A stretch of DNA of 64,000 bases. Origin: Acidobacteriota bacterium (lineage in GTDB: Bacteria; Acidobacteriota; UBA890; WLXD01). Below are positions 29,440 to 38,550 of this stretch, one piece after another. Numbering within the stretch: the first letter of the stretch is position 1; each line of letters begins with the position of its first letter. The notes under the pieces are model-generated. The model had not been told where the DNA came from, did no database searches, and was given only the letters and a program-made list of their open reading frames with translations. A program made the position numbers and the translations under genes. The stretch lies in NCBI GenBank assembly GCA_963666055.2, contig CAXWPH010000006.1, forward strand, positions 256,001-320,000. Reading direction: 5' to 3'.

Positions 29440-30602
29440 TGGCCAGCATCCAGAGGTACGTCCTGAAAGACGGCAAGACGCCGCGCTGGGCGGCCATGTG
29501 GCGCGATCAGGCAGGCGAACAACACAAGAAGGTCTTCAAGCGCCGTATGGATGCCGACCGCTGGATCACGAAGGTGGCAGCCGAGGTCCAGGACGGCATG
29601 TGGAGGGACACACAGCCGGCCCTGATGCGAGAGCTCTTCAAGGCGTGGAACCGGGACCTCGACACGCGCGTGAAGATGGGCGAGGTCAAGATGTCCACGG
29701 CCGACACCTACCGCTGCAACGTCGGGAAGCACTTCGTGCCCGCGTTCGGAGATTACCGATCGGATCGGCTCACCGCCTCCGTCATGGCGGAGTGGCGCTC
29801 CGAGATGGCGGACAAGATCGAAGCCGGCGAGATGGCGCCGAAGAGCTTCAACAACCTGTTCAACCTGCTGCACTCGCTCCTGGAGTGGGCGCGACACCCA
29901 GCCCGAGGCTATATGAGGCACGATCCCTTGATCGGCCAGAAGCGGCTCACGATCCGACGTACCGAGGCCAGTTACCTCGAGGACGCCGAGATCGCCGCGC
30001 TGCTCGGCGCCGGGGCTGACGATGTGGAAGCCGACGCCCTCATCCACGTGGCTCTATTCGCTGGCCTGCGGCGCGGCGAGGTCTTTGGCCTGCATTGGGG
30101 CGACGTCGAGGTCAACGGCGATCGCGGCGGGCGGCTATGGGTGCGCCGCTCGCTGTACAAGGGCGAGGTGACTACACCGAAAACCGCGAACTCCGAGCGC
30201 ACCGTGGATGTACCCCGGCTCGTGCTCGACGCGCTGGCCCGGCACCGGGAGGCGTGCCCGCCCGTGGAAGGCGACTTCGTGTTCCGGACCAGCACCGGCG
30301 CTCCAATCGACCCCAACAGCTGGTACGGTCGAACGTTCTGCGAGATTCGGAAACGCGCCGCCCTTCCAGACAGTGTGGGGCTACACTCGCTGCGACACAC
30401 GTACGCGTCGCTCTTGATTCGCCAGGGCGAGAACCCGAAATACGTGTCCCGCCAGCTAGGACACTCCTCGACGTCGTTCACGATGGACGTGTACGGCCAC
30501 CTCTTCGAGACCACCAGCGCTCAGGCGATGGGGCGGCTTGACGGCGTGATCCGGAAGGCAAAGCAGAAGCGCTTTGAAGTCATCAAGGGCGGCACGGCCT
30601 AG
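29436..30602 (+). CDS. int: Tyrosine integrase
   Basis: GLRRGE, PKT, HSLRH, LGHS, TMDVY catalytic residues; N-terminal arm-binding-like region. Confidence 0.95.
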   Translation: MMASIQRYVLKDGKTPRWAAMWRDQAGEQHKKVFKRRMDADRWITKVAAEVQDGMWRDTQPALMRELFKAWNRDLDTRVKMGEVKMSTADTYRCNVGKHFVPAFGDYRSDRLTASVMAEWRSEMADKIEAGEMAPKSFNNLFNLLHSLLEWARHPARGYMRHDPLIGQKRLTIRRTEASYLEDAEIAALLGAGADDVEADALIHVALFAGLRRGEVFGLHWGDVEVNGDRGGRLWVRRSLYKGEVTTPKTANSERTVDVPRLVLDALARHREACPPVEGDFVFRTSTGAPIDPNSWYGRTFCEIRKRAALPDSVGLHSLRHTYASLLIRQGENPKYVSRQLGHSSTSFTMDVYGHLFETTSAQAMGRLDGVIRKAKQKRFEVIKGGTA

Positions 30603-30766
30603 GCCAGCCAGTGGCGGTTTCGAGTAACGAGAAAGTAACGGGAGCAGCGGGAACGAGCGGTACTAGGCGGTTACACACGTAGAGCAGTCGAATCGTAAAC
30701 CACTGAAAACACTTGGTCTTTTGGTAGTTAGCGGGCCCAATCGGTAGCGAGCGGTAAATGCTAAAA

Positions 30767-30825
30767 TAGGTTCAGGACCTAGTGGGGGCAACCCCGTGGA
30801 GGTTCAAGTCCTCTCTTGGGCACTA
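30767..30825 (+). tRNA. 3' half of tRNA-Leu(CAG), att-site remnant
   Basis: TAGG-TTCAGGA-CCTAG, long variable arm, GGAGG-TTCAAGT-CCTCT, CTTGGGC-A-CTA; canonical 5' half absent. Confidence 0.85.
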
Positions 30826-30852
30826 CTCGTAAGCTATTGACAGGAAAGATGT

Positions 30853-30898
30853 AAAGGGGATTCGGCTGAGATCGGTCCGGGTTCCCTTTTCATCTTTT
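30853..30898 (+). terminator. Probable intrinsic terminator after the tRNA-Leu remnant
   Basis: AAAGGGGATTCGG/CCGGGTTCCCTTT stem (with G:U pairs) followed by a T-rich tract. Confidence 0.55.
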
Positions 30899-31059
30899 GT
30901 GGCTCCCATGCCACGGTTATGCCACAACTCGAACACGTCGTTCTATTCCGCTGCGTCATCTGGGCCGCGCTGGAGCCTGCGCAGGTACTTGTCAGGCACG
31001 CCCACTTGTCCGCCGGACCTTCCCCGACGCCACGGTGTGATTCCGGTCGTCCCCTCGGA

Positions 31060-31072
31060 AATCAACGACTTA
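31060..31072 (+). promoter_or_regulatory. IHF-consensus site
   Basis: AATCAACGACTTA matches WATCAANNNNTTR; lies between arm-type repeats. Confidence 0.5.
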
Positions 31073-31195
31073 CGGCATTACGAGGATTCCGAGCAGATAG
31101 CTCGGTTCAGGGACAGAAAAGGGACAATTAGGGGACAGTCCGCACGTCTCAAATCGGGTCGGATGACGGCAGCCCCACGGGGACGCTAGGCGCTG

Positions 31196-31243
31196 GCTGA
31201 TTCGTAATCAGCAGGTTCGCGGTTCGAATCCGCACGCCGGCTC
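31196..31243 (+). tRNA. 3' half of tRNA-Thr(CGT), att-site remnant
   Basis: GCTGA-TTCGTAA-TCAGC, GGTTCGAATCC, CGCCGGCT; no D-arm or 5' acceptor strand. Confidence 0.85.
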
Positions 31244-31611
31244 TGCAATTTTAGGAATATGGATTTGTCGCGGTCACGCAACGGTCACGGCTGGCGGCGT
31301 GATGAAGGCGGGCCGAGAACTCGCCGGTTCGGGAGTCCTTGGGGAGTCCTTGCCAGATGGCCCCACGAATTCCGCACGCTGACGGTGCGGCGCGAACCAC
31401 CCAAGCCGGTCGGCGAAGATCGGTGCTCAGAGCGCCACTGGAAAGCCGCCTACTTCGACCGACCGATCACCGACAAGCAGCACACGAGGAAGTTTTTCGT
31501 TCGCATTGGCCCCTCTCCTGTGGGCTTCGATTCGAGGTCTACCCGTTTGCCCGTTGACTACCGGGGGCCTTGTAGGTGTTAGACAGCGAACCTCGCAAGG
31601 ATCTGCCGTCA

Positions 31612-32133
31612 CTACTTCCCAGCCGATGCCGGCGTGAGTTCCATGCCTAGCTGCGACAAGAGATTAAGCTCGTCATCAAGGCTCCAAGCCTCCGTAAGTA
31701 CTCCGTCGATTACGGTCATCATGTATGAGCCGGCGTACTTGAATTGTCTCCCAGTTGGCGCGATCCCCTGAAACTCGCCCAGATGGGTGCCGCCGAGGAC
31801 CACCCTGGCCGCAACGCGGTCGCCCTCCGCGATGATCTCCTCAACGGTATGCGTATAGTCCGGGAAGCTCCGGTAGAAGCCCCGGATCAGCTCAAAGGTT
31901 GCATCTCTACCAACGCTCCGATCCGCGCCGCCGATAGAGCGAGCGCGGACGATAAAATCGTCGTCCATCAGGTCCGTTAAAGCGTTGAAATCCTGAGCGT
32001 CGAGAGCGACGAAGAACTGTCGAACAACCTCCTTATTGGCGGTCGTGAGGTCAGGAGACGGGAGTTCGCATCCGACTGAGATGATGGTTAGGAGAAGGAC
32101 GAGGCGACCCGCCCTACGCAGTTGATCTGACAT
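31612..32133 (-). CDS. SnoaL-like ester cyclase family lipoprotein
   Basis: Lipobox-like SVGC; NKEVVRQF, FPD, GTHLGEFQGIAPTGR. Confidence 0.8.
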   Translation of the reverse strand: MSDQLRRAGRLVLLLTIISVGCELPSPDLTTANKEVVRQFFVALDAQDFNALTDLMDDDFIVRARSIGGADRSVGRDATFELIRGFYRSFPDYTHTVEEIIAEGDRVAARVVLGGTHLGEFQGIAPTGRQFKYAGSYMMTVIDGVLTEAWSLDDELNLLSQLGMELTPASAGK

Positions 32134-32357
32134 GATGCCCTCCCCAGTTGGGCGTTGGAGATGGCTCAGCATTGCCCGAGTCCGCCCGTTACATGAACTT
32201 GCGTCGACGGAAGGCGGAGACCCTCTCGTAGTCTCGCCCTCGGTGAGATTTCTAAGCCGTGCAAAAGGCCGGCGCGGGCGACCCTTTGCGCGAATTAGAC
32301 CGATCTAGGGCGAGGAGATCCCGGCAGCACGCGGCCGATCGCGCCTGTTCGTCGGCA

Positions 32358-32861
32358 CTATTCTCTCAAAATGTTCAAGAGCGTCTCGTCGAACGTCATC
32401 ACGCGCCACGCCGCGATTTTCCAACCACCGCCATTCCGCGCGACGACTATGGTCGTTTCCTCCTCGAAACTGCCGGTGTCCATGATCGTAAGCCCAGCCA
32501 CCTCGACGATCGCTGCATCAGGCGAAATGAAGCGAACGCTTTCGATCGTTCCTTCGTAGCCTTGGAATCCAGGCATGCCTCCGAAGTCTTCTTCGAGACT
32601 GCGAAGCCCATCGTGCGTCGAGGCCCTCGAAAGTCCAGCGATCCAACCGTCTCCATCAGGCATGAAGGTGGCGGCTACGCTTGCGGCGTCACGCGCGGTC
32701 GATGCCGCGAAGTTCGTTTGCAATAGCGAGCGGATCGCGGCTTCGTCAGCTGTGCGATCCAATGAGTCTGTCTTCGCCGTATCGGTAGGCTCGCTGCAAG
32801 CGCTTAGAAGAAGCACGACGAATAGACCAACAACCGTCTTCGCCGATATGTGCAGGTTCAT
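32358..32861 (-). CDS. NTF2-like/DUF4440 lipoprotein
   Basis: Lipobox LSAC; ADEAAIRSL, VRFISPDAAIV, GGWKI. Confidence 0.8.
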   Translation of the reverse strand: MNLHISAKTVVGLFVVLLLSACSEPTDTAKTDSLDRTADEAAIRSLLQTNFAASTARDAASVAATFMPDGDGWIAGLSRASTHDGLRSLEEDFGGMPGFQGYEGTIESVRFISPDAAIVEVAGLTIMDTGSFEEETTIVVARNGGGWKIAAWRVMTFDETLLNILRE

Positions 32862-32907
32862 TCAACTTCTCCTTGTACATGGCGCGGCTCGCGAGACTCA
32901 GCTAGCG

Positions 32908-35619
32908 CTACGGGTCCGTCGGCACGAGCCGGTTCAACTCTGCCGCCCAGTTCAACGAGACGATGAGCTTGGTGAGGTCGGGGCGCTGGAGAGTCAACAT
33001 AACGAACCGGGTGTCTCCAACCACGAAGTGCGGGCCGGCAGGAACGATGTCGAACTGGGAATCGAAGTCGCCGGTAAAGAGTTCTCTGGGCGCACTCCGC
33101 CGTCGGAAGGTCGGTTCGAGCGCCACGGCAACAGACATCATCGTCGAGCCGCGAAGGTAGAAGAGCTCGTCGCCAGCGGGCGACCATCGTGGAGAGCTGT
33201 CGCCGCCGGAGGACAATAGTTCTCCGTTGCTGGAACGGTCGATCGGTTTGACGTAGACCTCGTTCTGACCCGATTCGTCGGAGACCTAAGCCACATACTG
33301 CCCATCGGGCGAAAAGCTTCCATCAAACTCATTTGCCGGGGTCGCCGCGAAGCTCTGAGCATCGCCGTCGCCCTCCAAGGACCACAGATAGAGGTCCCGG
33401 CCGGTGACCGGGTGGCGTTCGCGGAACAGGAGATAGTCCTGCGACACGCCGGTTGGATACTGGCTGTAGGGCCGACTCAGCACGAGATCGATGCCGCTCC
33501 CGTCCGGCAGCATCCGATAGATAACGAACGGGTCGCTCGCGTCGGTGAAGCTCCCGAAGAAGAGGTGCAACCCGTCGGTCGTCCAGAACGGTTGGATGGA
33601 AACTGATCGATCGCCGCGGGTCAGGCGTCGCTCGGAGCCTGTTTCCAGGTCGCGTACCCAAACGTCGCCAGAGGGTCTGTCAGAACGGTTCGTCACGGCC
33701 AGCCGCGTGCCATCCGGCGACACGGCTGGCAGATAACCGTACTTGCGGGGACGATCGCCGGGCAGGGGCGCGACGTTGCCTTGCCTGTCCACCAGGACGA
33801 TACGGTTTTGTTCGAAAGCGCTTTCGCTGGCGAAGTGAACCAGGCTTCCCGAAGCCGACACGGCGAATATGCCGAGGTTCAAACCGGCGTCCCATCCGGT
33901 GAGTACGTCATCGACAAACGGCATGATGGCTGCGGTCAGCTCTCCGGCCGCCGGGTCGAACGGGGCCATCGCCAAGCCGCCGGAGCGGAAGAAAACCAGG
34001 TGGCCGCTGTCCAGATAATGCGGCTGCGCGGAACCTTCCGTACCGGGGAGAACGCCCACCACCCCATCCGGAGAGAGCACCGCAAGCTCGCCTCCCTCGC
34101 CGGTCACGACGGTGAACACGATGCCGCCCCCGGGAAGCACGGACGGCCAGCCATGGTATTGCTCGAGCCGGCCCACATCCGGGCGGGTGATCTGGACCGG
34201 CTCGCCTCCGGCAACCACCCGCTGCAGCCCGGTGTTGTCGCCCCCGAACACGACGGTATCGTCGGCCTCCCATGTCACCCCTCGAGGGCGTGCCGTCATG
34301 TCGGCGATCTTCTCCGGCCGCCCGCCCTCTAGGCGCACTTTCTGCAATTCACCGCCGGCCCAAAACCCCAGCCAGTCGCCCTCCGAGGAGAAGAACGGCA
34401 ACTCTGCACCCTCGGTCCCGGGGACCTGCCGCACTTCCAAGCCGTCGATGTTACGGAGCCAGAGGTGGACGGGCTCGTCGCCGATGGCCGCGGCGTAGGC
34501 GAGCAGAGTTCCATCCTCGGAGACGGCCATCGGCGGATACGGCAACCAAGGTCCCTCCCCGTTCAGCGCCATGAAGCGGCCGTCGTTTGGTGGCTCGAAA
34601 AGCCAGCGAGACGGCTGAGGCGCTGAGGATTCCCTGGTTTCGATCAAGCTCCATACGGCGAATCCCGAAAGGATCGCGGCGATGACGCCGGTCGCGACCA
34701 GGGCAGGCACAAACGGGCGCTCAGGCGTCGAAGCGACGTGCAGATCGACACCGGCATCTAGGCCGACAAGTCCGTCGAGGATCTCGAGACGAGCATCGGC
34801 AACGTGGTGGAGTCGGAGCCTCGGGTCCTTGTCGAGGCATCTGGTAAGCAGTCGGCGCACGGCGCCCGGTGTATCCGCAGGTAGCGCCCCGAGATCGGGA
34901 TCGGCCCTGAGGATCGCCGCCAGCGTATCGGACACCGTCTCTCCGCCGAATGCCCTTCGTCCCGTCAGTATTTCGTACAACACGCAGCCGAACGACCAGA
35001 TGTCGCTCCGCTTATCGACCGGAGTACCCCGTGCCTGCTCGGGGCTCATGTAGGGGGCCGTGCCCATGATCACGCCGGTGCCTGTGGCGGCCATCATCGT
35101 CGGCGAGTGGCTCAGGTCGGACGACGGCTCACTGCCTTCCACTTCGTAGGCTTTAGCCAGCCCGAAGTCGAGCACCTTGACGGTGCCATCGGGTGTGACC
35201 TGGACGTTGGCGGGCTTCAGGTCGCGATGGATGACACTGGCCTCATGCGCGGCTTCAAGCGCCAGCGCGATCTGACGAGCGATCTCCAGCGCCTCATCGA
35301 TCTTGATGCGACCGGAAGCTTCGATCCGATCGGCAAGGCTCTGCCCCTCTACCAGCTCCATGGCGATGAAGCGCACACCATCCGATTCCTCGAAGCCGAA
35401 GATCGTGGCGATGTTGGGATGATTCAGCGAGGCGAGCAGCTTGGCTTCGCGCTCGAAGCGCGCCAGTCGACCAGCGTCGCTGGCGAAGTCCTCCGGCAGC
35501 ACCTTGATGGCGACATCACGATCCAGACTGGAATCGCGGGCGCGATACACCTCGCCCATTCCGCCTGCTCCGAGGCGGTCGAGGATCTCGTAGTGGCCTA
35601 GTCGCTTGCCGGGTTCCAT
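32908..35619 (-). pseudogene. Ser/Thr receptor kinase-PD40 propeller (type B) with an in-frame TAG at 33286-33288
   Basis: TAG aligns to Tyr in paralogs (AYVSDE); the frame continues to LNWAAELNRLVPTDP. Confidence 0.88.
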
Positions 35620-35876
35620 GGCGCTCCCGAAGTAGGGCGGGTTGAGCGCATGAAGCCTATCGCCAGACCGGGCAAGATCCAACGCGGCCGGCGCGTCTCA
35701 GCGCCCCGCTAACGTCCGCGGTGCGTGCGGGCACCCGAGTTCCCGCGAGGCTATCGGCGGCCCGTAGCGGCGGATCTGGAGCCATGTAAGCAGATATTTG
35801 ACTGGTGTCCGTCCTGGCATCCGGGACGAGCGGAATCGGAGGCGCCGGGTGGCTCGCAAGAGGCGGCTAGGCGCTA
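35617..35876 (-). repeat. Native inter-kinase spacer including promoter copy 5
   Basis: TTGGAT(35682-35677)-17 bp-TAGGCT(35659-35654); homologous to 9979-10249. Confidence 0.85.
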
Positions 35877-38549
35877 CGGGTCCGTCGGCACGAGCCGGTT
35901 CAGCTCGGCCGCCCAGTTCAACTTGACGATGAGCTGCGTGAGCTCCGGTTGCGCAAACGTTAGCATCATGAACCTTGTGTCGCCTTCCACGAAATGCGGG
36001 CCAGCGGGGATGACTTCGAATCGGGAGTCAAAGTCCTCGGTGAACAGCTCGATAGGCGGCCCTTGCTGACGGAAGGCCGGTTCGAGCTCGACACTTACCG
36101 CCATCATGGTCGAGCCACGCACATAGAAGAGCTCGTCACCGGCGGGCGACCATCGCGGTGAAACCCCGCCGTCGGGCGACAACGGTTCCCCCTTGCCGGA
36201 ACCTTCGACCGGCTTGACGTAGACCTCATCCCGGCCCGTTTCGTCGGAGACGTAAGCAAGGTATTTCCCATCGGGGGAAAAACTGGGATCGAACTCGTTC
36301 GCCGGCGTCGTGGCGACGCCAACGGGCTCGCTGCCCCCGTCCAATGCCCACAAATAGATGTCGTAGCCGGTGACGGGATGGCGTTCCGTGAAGACGAGAT
36401 AGTCCCGTGAAATCCCCCGCGCAAACTGGTCGTGCGGTCGACTAAGCATGAGCTCTTGGTCGCTGCCGTCCGGCCGCATCCGATAGATGTCGAACCCATT
36501 GCTGTCGCTGAATCCTGACGAAAAAAACAGGCGGGCCGCGTCGGTCGTCCACACAGGCCGGATAGACGCGGTTCCGAATCCCGGCGTCAGGACGTTCCAG
36601 GCACCCGTATCCAGGTTGCCCGACCACACTTGGCTCGACATGCCCTCCCCACGGTCCGAGATCGCCAGCACGGTACCGGCCGACGAGACGACGGGCCGAG
36701 CGGTATATTTCCCGGCTCGATTGCCCGGCAGGGCTTCGGCTGCGCCCTGCCGATCCACGACCACGATCCGGTTCTGTTCGAAGGCGTTGTCGCCGGCGAA
36801 GTGGACCAGATTTCCGCTGTCCGAAAGGGCGAAAATGCCGAGATCCGCTCCGGCAACCCAACCGGTGAGCACGTCGTCGACGACCGGTATCACGGCCCCG
36901 GTCAGCTCGCCGGCGACAGGATCGAACGACGCTGCCGCCAGCCCACCGGACCGAAAGAAGACCAAGTGGCCGCTGTCGAGATAGTGCGGCTGGGCGGCGC
37001 CGTCGGTCCCGGGCAGATTGTTCACGGTGCCATCGGGAAAAAGCACGGCAAGCCTACCTCCTGCGACCGTAAACACGATGCCGCCTCCGGGAAGGACGTG
37101 CGGATTCTCGACACGCAGGGGATTCAGCAAGGCCGGTGGCGCCCCGTCGGCGAGGCGCCACAGGCCGTCTTGGCTCCCCAACAGGATCGCACCGTCGTCT
37201 GTCCACGCCGCCCCTCGAAGGGGTTGAGGGAAGTCGGCGATCCTCTCCGGCCGACCGGCGTCGACGCGCACCTGCAGCACTACACCATCGGCCCAGAAAA
37301 CCAGCCGTTCACCATCCGGGGAGAAAAACGGCTGCCCGGCCCCCTCCGTCCCGGGCACGGAACGCACGTCCAGGCTGTCCATGTCACGGAGCCAAAGGCG
37401 GACGGGTTCTTCACCGACGGCAGCGGCGTAGGCGAGCAGGTTTCCGTCCGGCGACAGAGCGACCGGCGGATACGGCAGCCACGGGCCGGCCCCGCCCAGC
37501 GTGGTGAACCGCGCCCCGTCCGGCGGCTCGAAGATCCAGCGGGACGGTTGGGACGCCGGATTCGGGGAACCTCCGATCAAGCTCCACACTGCCACTCCCG
37601 AGAGCACCGCCGCCACGATTGCCGTCGCGACGAGAGCGGGAACGAGCCGAGGCAAGCCCGCGGCCGCGGCGGGCGGGTCGAATCCGACATCCGCCCCGGC
37701 AAGTCCGTCGAGGACCTCCAGGCGTGCATCGCCGGCGTCGCGCAGCCGCAGGCTAGGGTCCTTTTCGAGACACCGAGACAACAACCGTCTTACGGCGGCC
37801 GGCGTGTTCGCCGGCAGCGCCCCGAGATCTGGCTCGTCTTTGAGGATCGCCGCCAGGGTGTCGCCCACCGTCTCGCCGTCGAAGGCGCGCCTACCGGTGA
37901 GCATCTCGTACAGCACGCAGCCGAACGACCAGATGTCGCTACGTTTATCGACTGACTGACCCCGCGCCTGTTCTGGGCTCATGTAGGGGGCGGTGCCCAT
38001 GATTACGCCGGTGCCCGTGGCCGCCATCATCGTGGGCGAATGACTCAGGTCGGACGACGGCTCGCTGCCTTGTGCTTCGTAGGCTTTGGCCAACCCGAAG
38101 TCGAGCACCTTGACGGTGCCATCGGGTGTGACCTGGACGTTGGCGGGCTTCAGGTCGCGATGGATGACACTGGCCTCATGCGCGGCTTCAAGCGCCAGCG
38201 CGATCTGACGAGCGATCTCCAGCGCCTCATCGATCTTGATGCGACCGGAAGCTTCGATCCGATCGGCAAGGCTCTGCCCCTCTACCAGCTCCATGGCGAT
38301 GAAGCGCACACCATCCGATTCCTCGAAGCCGAAGATCGTGGCGATGTTGGGATGATTCAGCGATGCGAGCAGCTTGGCTTCGCGCTCGAAGCGCGCCAGT
38401 CGACCAGCGTCGCTGGCGAAGTCCTCCGGCAGCACCTTGATGGCGACATCACGATCCAGCTTCGTGTCGCGTGCGCGGTACACCTGCCCCATCCCGCCTG
38501 CACCGAGCGGGGACAGGATCTCGTAGTGGCCGAGCGTCTTGCCGATCAC
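35874..38549 (-). CDS. Ser/Thr receptor kinase-PD40 propeller (type B, intact)
   Basis: All kinase motifs, TM helix, FSPDG repeats, LNWAAELNRLVPTDP. Confidence 0.95.
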   Translation of the reverse strand: MIGKTLGHYEILSPLGAGGMGQVYRARDTKLDRDVAIKVLPEDFASDAGRLARFEREAKLLASLNHPNIATIFGFEESDGVRFIAMELVEGQSLADRIEASGRIKIDEALEIARQIALALEAAHEASVIHRDLKPANVQVTPDGTVKVLDFGLAKAYEAQGSEPSSDLSHSPTMMAATGTGVIMGTAPYMSPEQARGQSVDKRSDIWSFGCVLYEMLTGRRAFDGETVGDTLAAILKDEPDLGALPANTPAAVRRLLSRCLEKDPSLRLRDAGDARLEVLDGLAGADVGFDPPAAAAGLPRLVPALVATAIVAAVLSGVAVWSLIGGSPNPASQPSRWIFEPPDGARFTTLGGAGPWLPYPPVALSPDGNLLAYAAAVGEEPVRLWLRDMDSLDVRSVPGTEGAGQPFFSPDGERLVFWADGVVLQVRVDAGRPERIADFPQPLRGAAWTDDGAILLGSQDGLWRLADGAPPALLNPLRVENPHVLPGGGIVFTVAGGRLAVLFPDGTVNNLPGTDGAAQPHYLDSGHLVFFRSGGLAAASFDPVAGELTGAVIPVVDDVLTGWVAGADLGIFALSDSGNLVHFAGDNAFEQNRIVVVDRQGAAEALPGNRAGKYTARPVVSSAGTVLAISDRGEGMSSQVWSGNLDTGAWNVLTPGFGTASIRPVWTTDAARLFFSSGFSDSNGFDIYRMRPDGSDQELMLSRPHDQFARGISRDYLVFTERHPVTGYDIYLWALDGGSEPVGVATTPANEFDPSFSPDGKYLAYVSDETGRDEVYVKPVEGSGKGEPLSPDGGVSPRWSPAGDELFYVRGSTMMAVSVELEPAFRQQGPPIELFTEDFDSRFEVIPAGPHFVEGDTRFMMLTFAQPELTQLIVKLNWAAELNRLVPTDP

Positions 38550-38550
38550 G

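Larger units (their letters stand above)
22166..30825. mobile_element. Satellite/PICI-like integrative element; left boundary approximate
   Basis: Integrase, regulators, xis-like gene, replicase, TerS-like and TerL, ending at a tRNA-Leu 3' half. Confidence 0.8.

Noticed and set aside
22203-30602. Complete prophage
   Set aside because: No portal, capsid, tail or lysis genes were recognised
30767-31243. Functional tRNA genes
   Set aside because: Canonical 5' halves and CCA ends are missing; treated as att remnants
33286-33288. Pyrrolysine or recoding readthrough of TAG
   Set aside because: The position aligns to Tyr in paralogs, so a one-base nonsense change suffices; TAG is a normal stop in other genes here
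36630-37955. Long antisense ORFs (also 46757-48169, 49516-50733, 1362-2333 and similar)
   Set aside because: Shadows or off-frame overlaps of well-supported high-GC genes, with no motifs of their own
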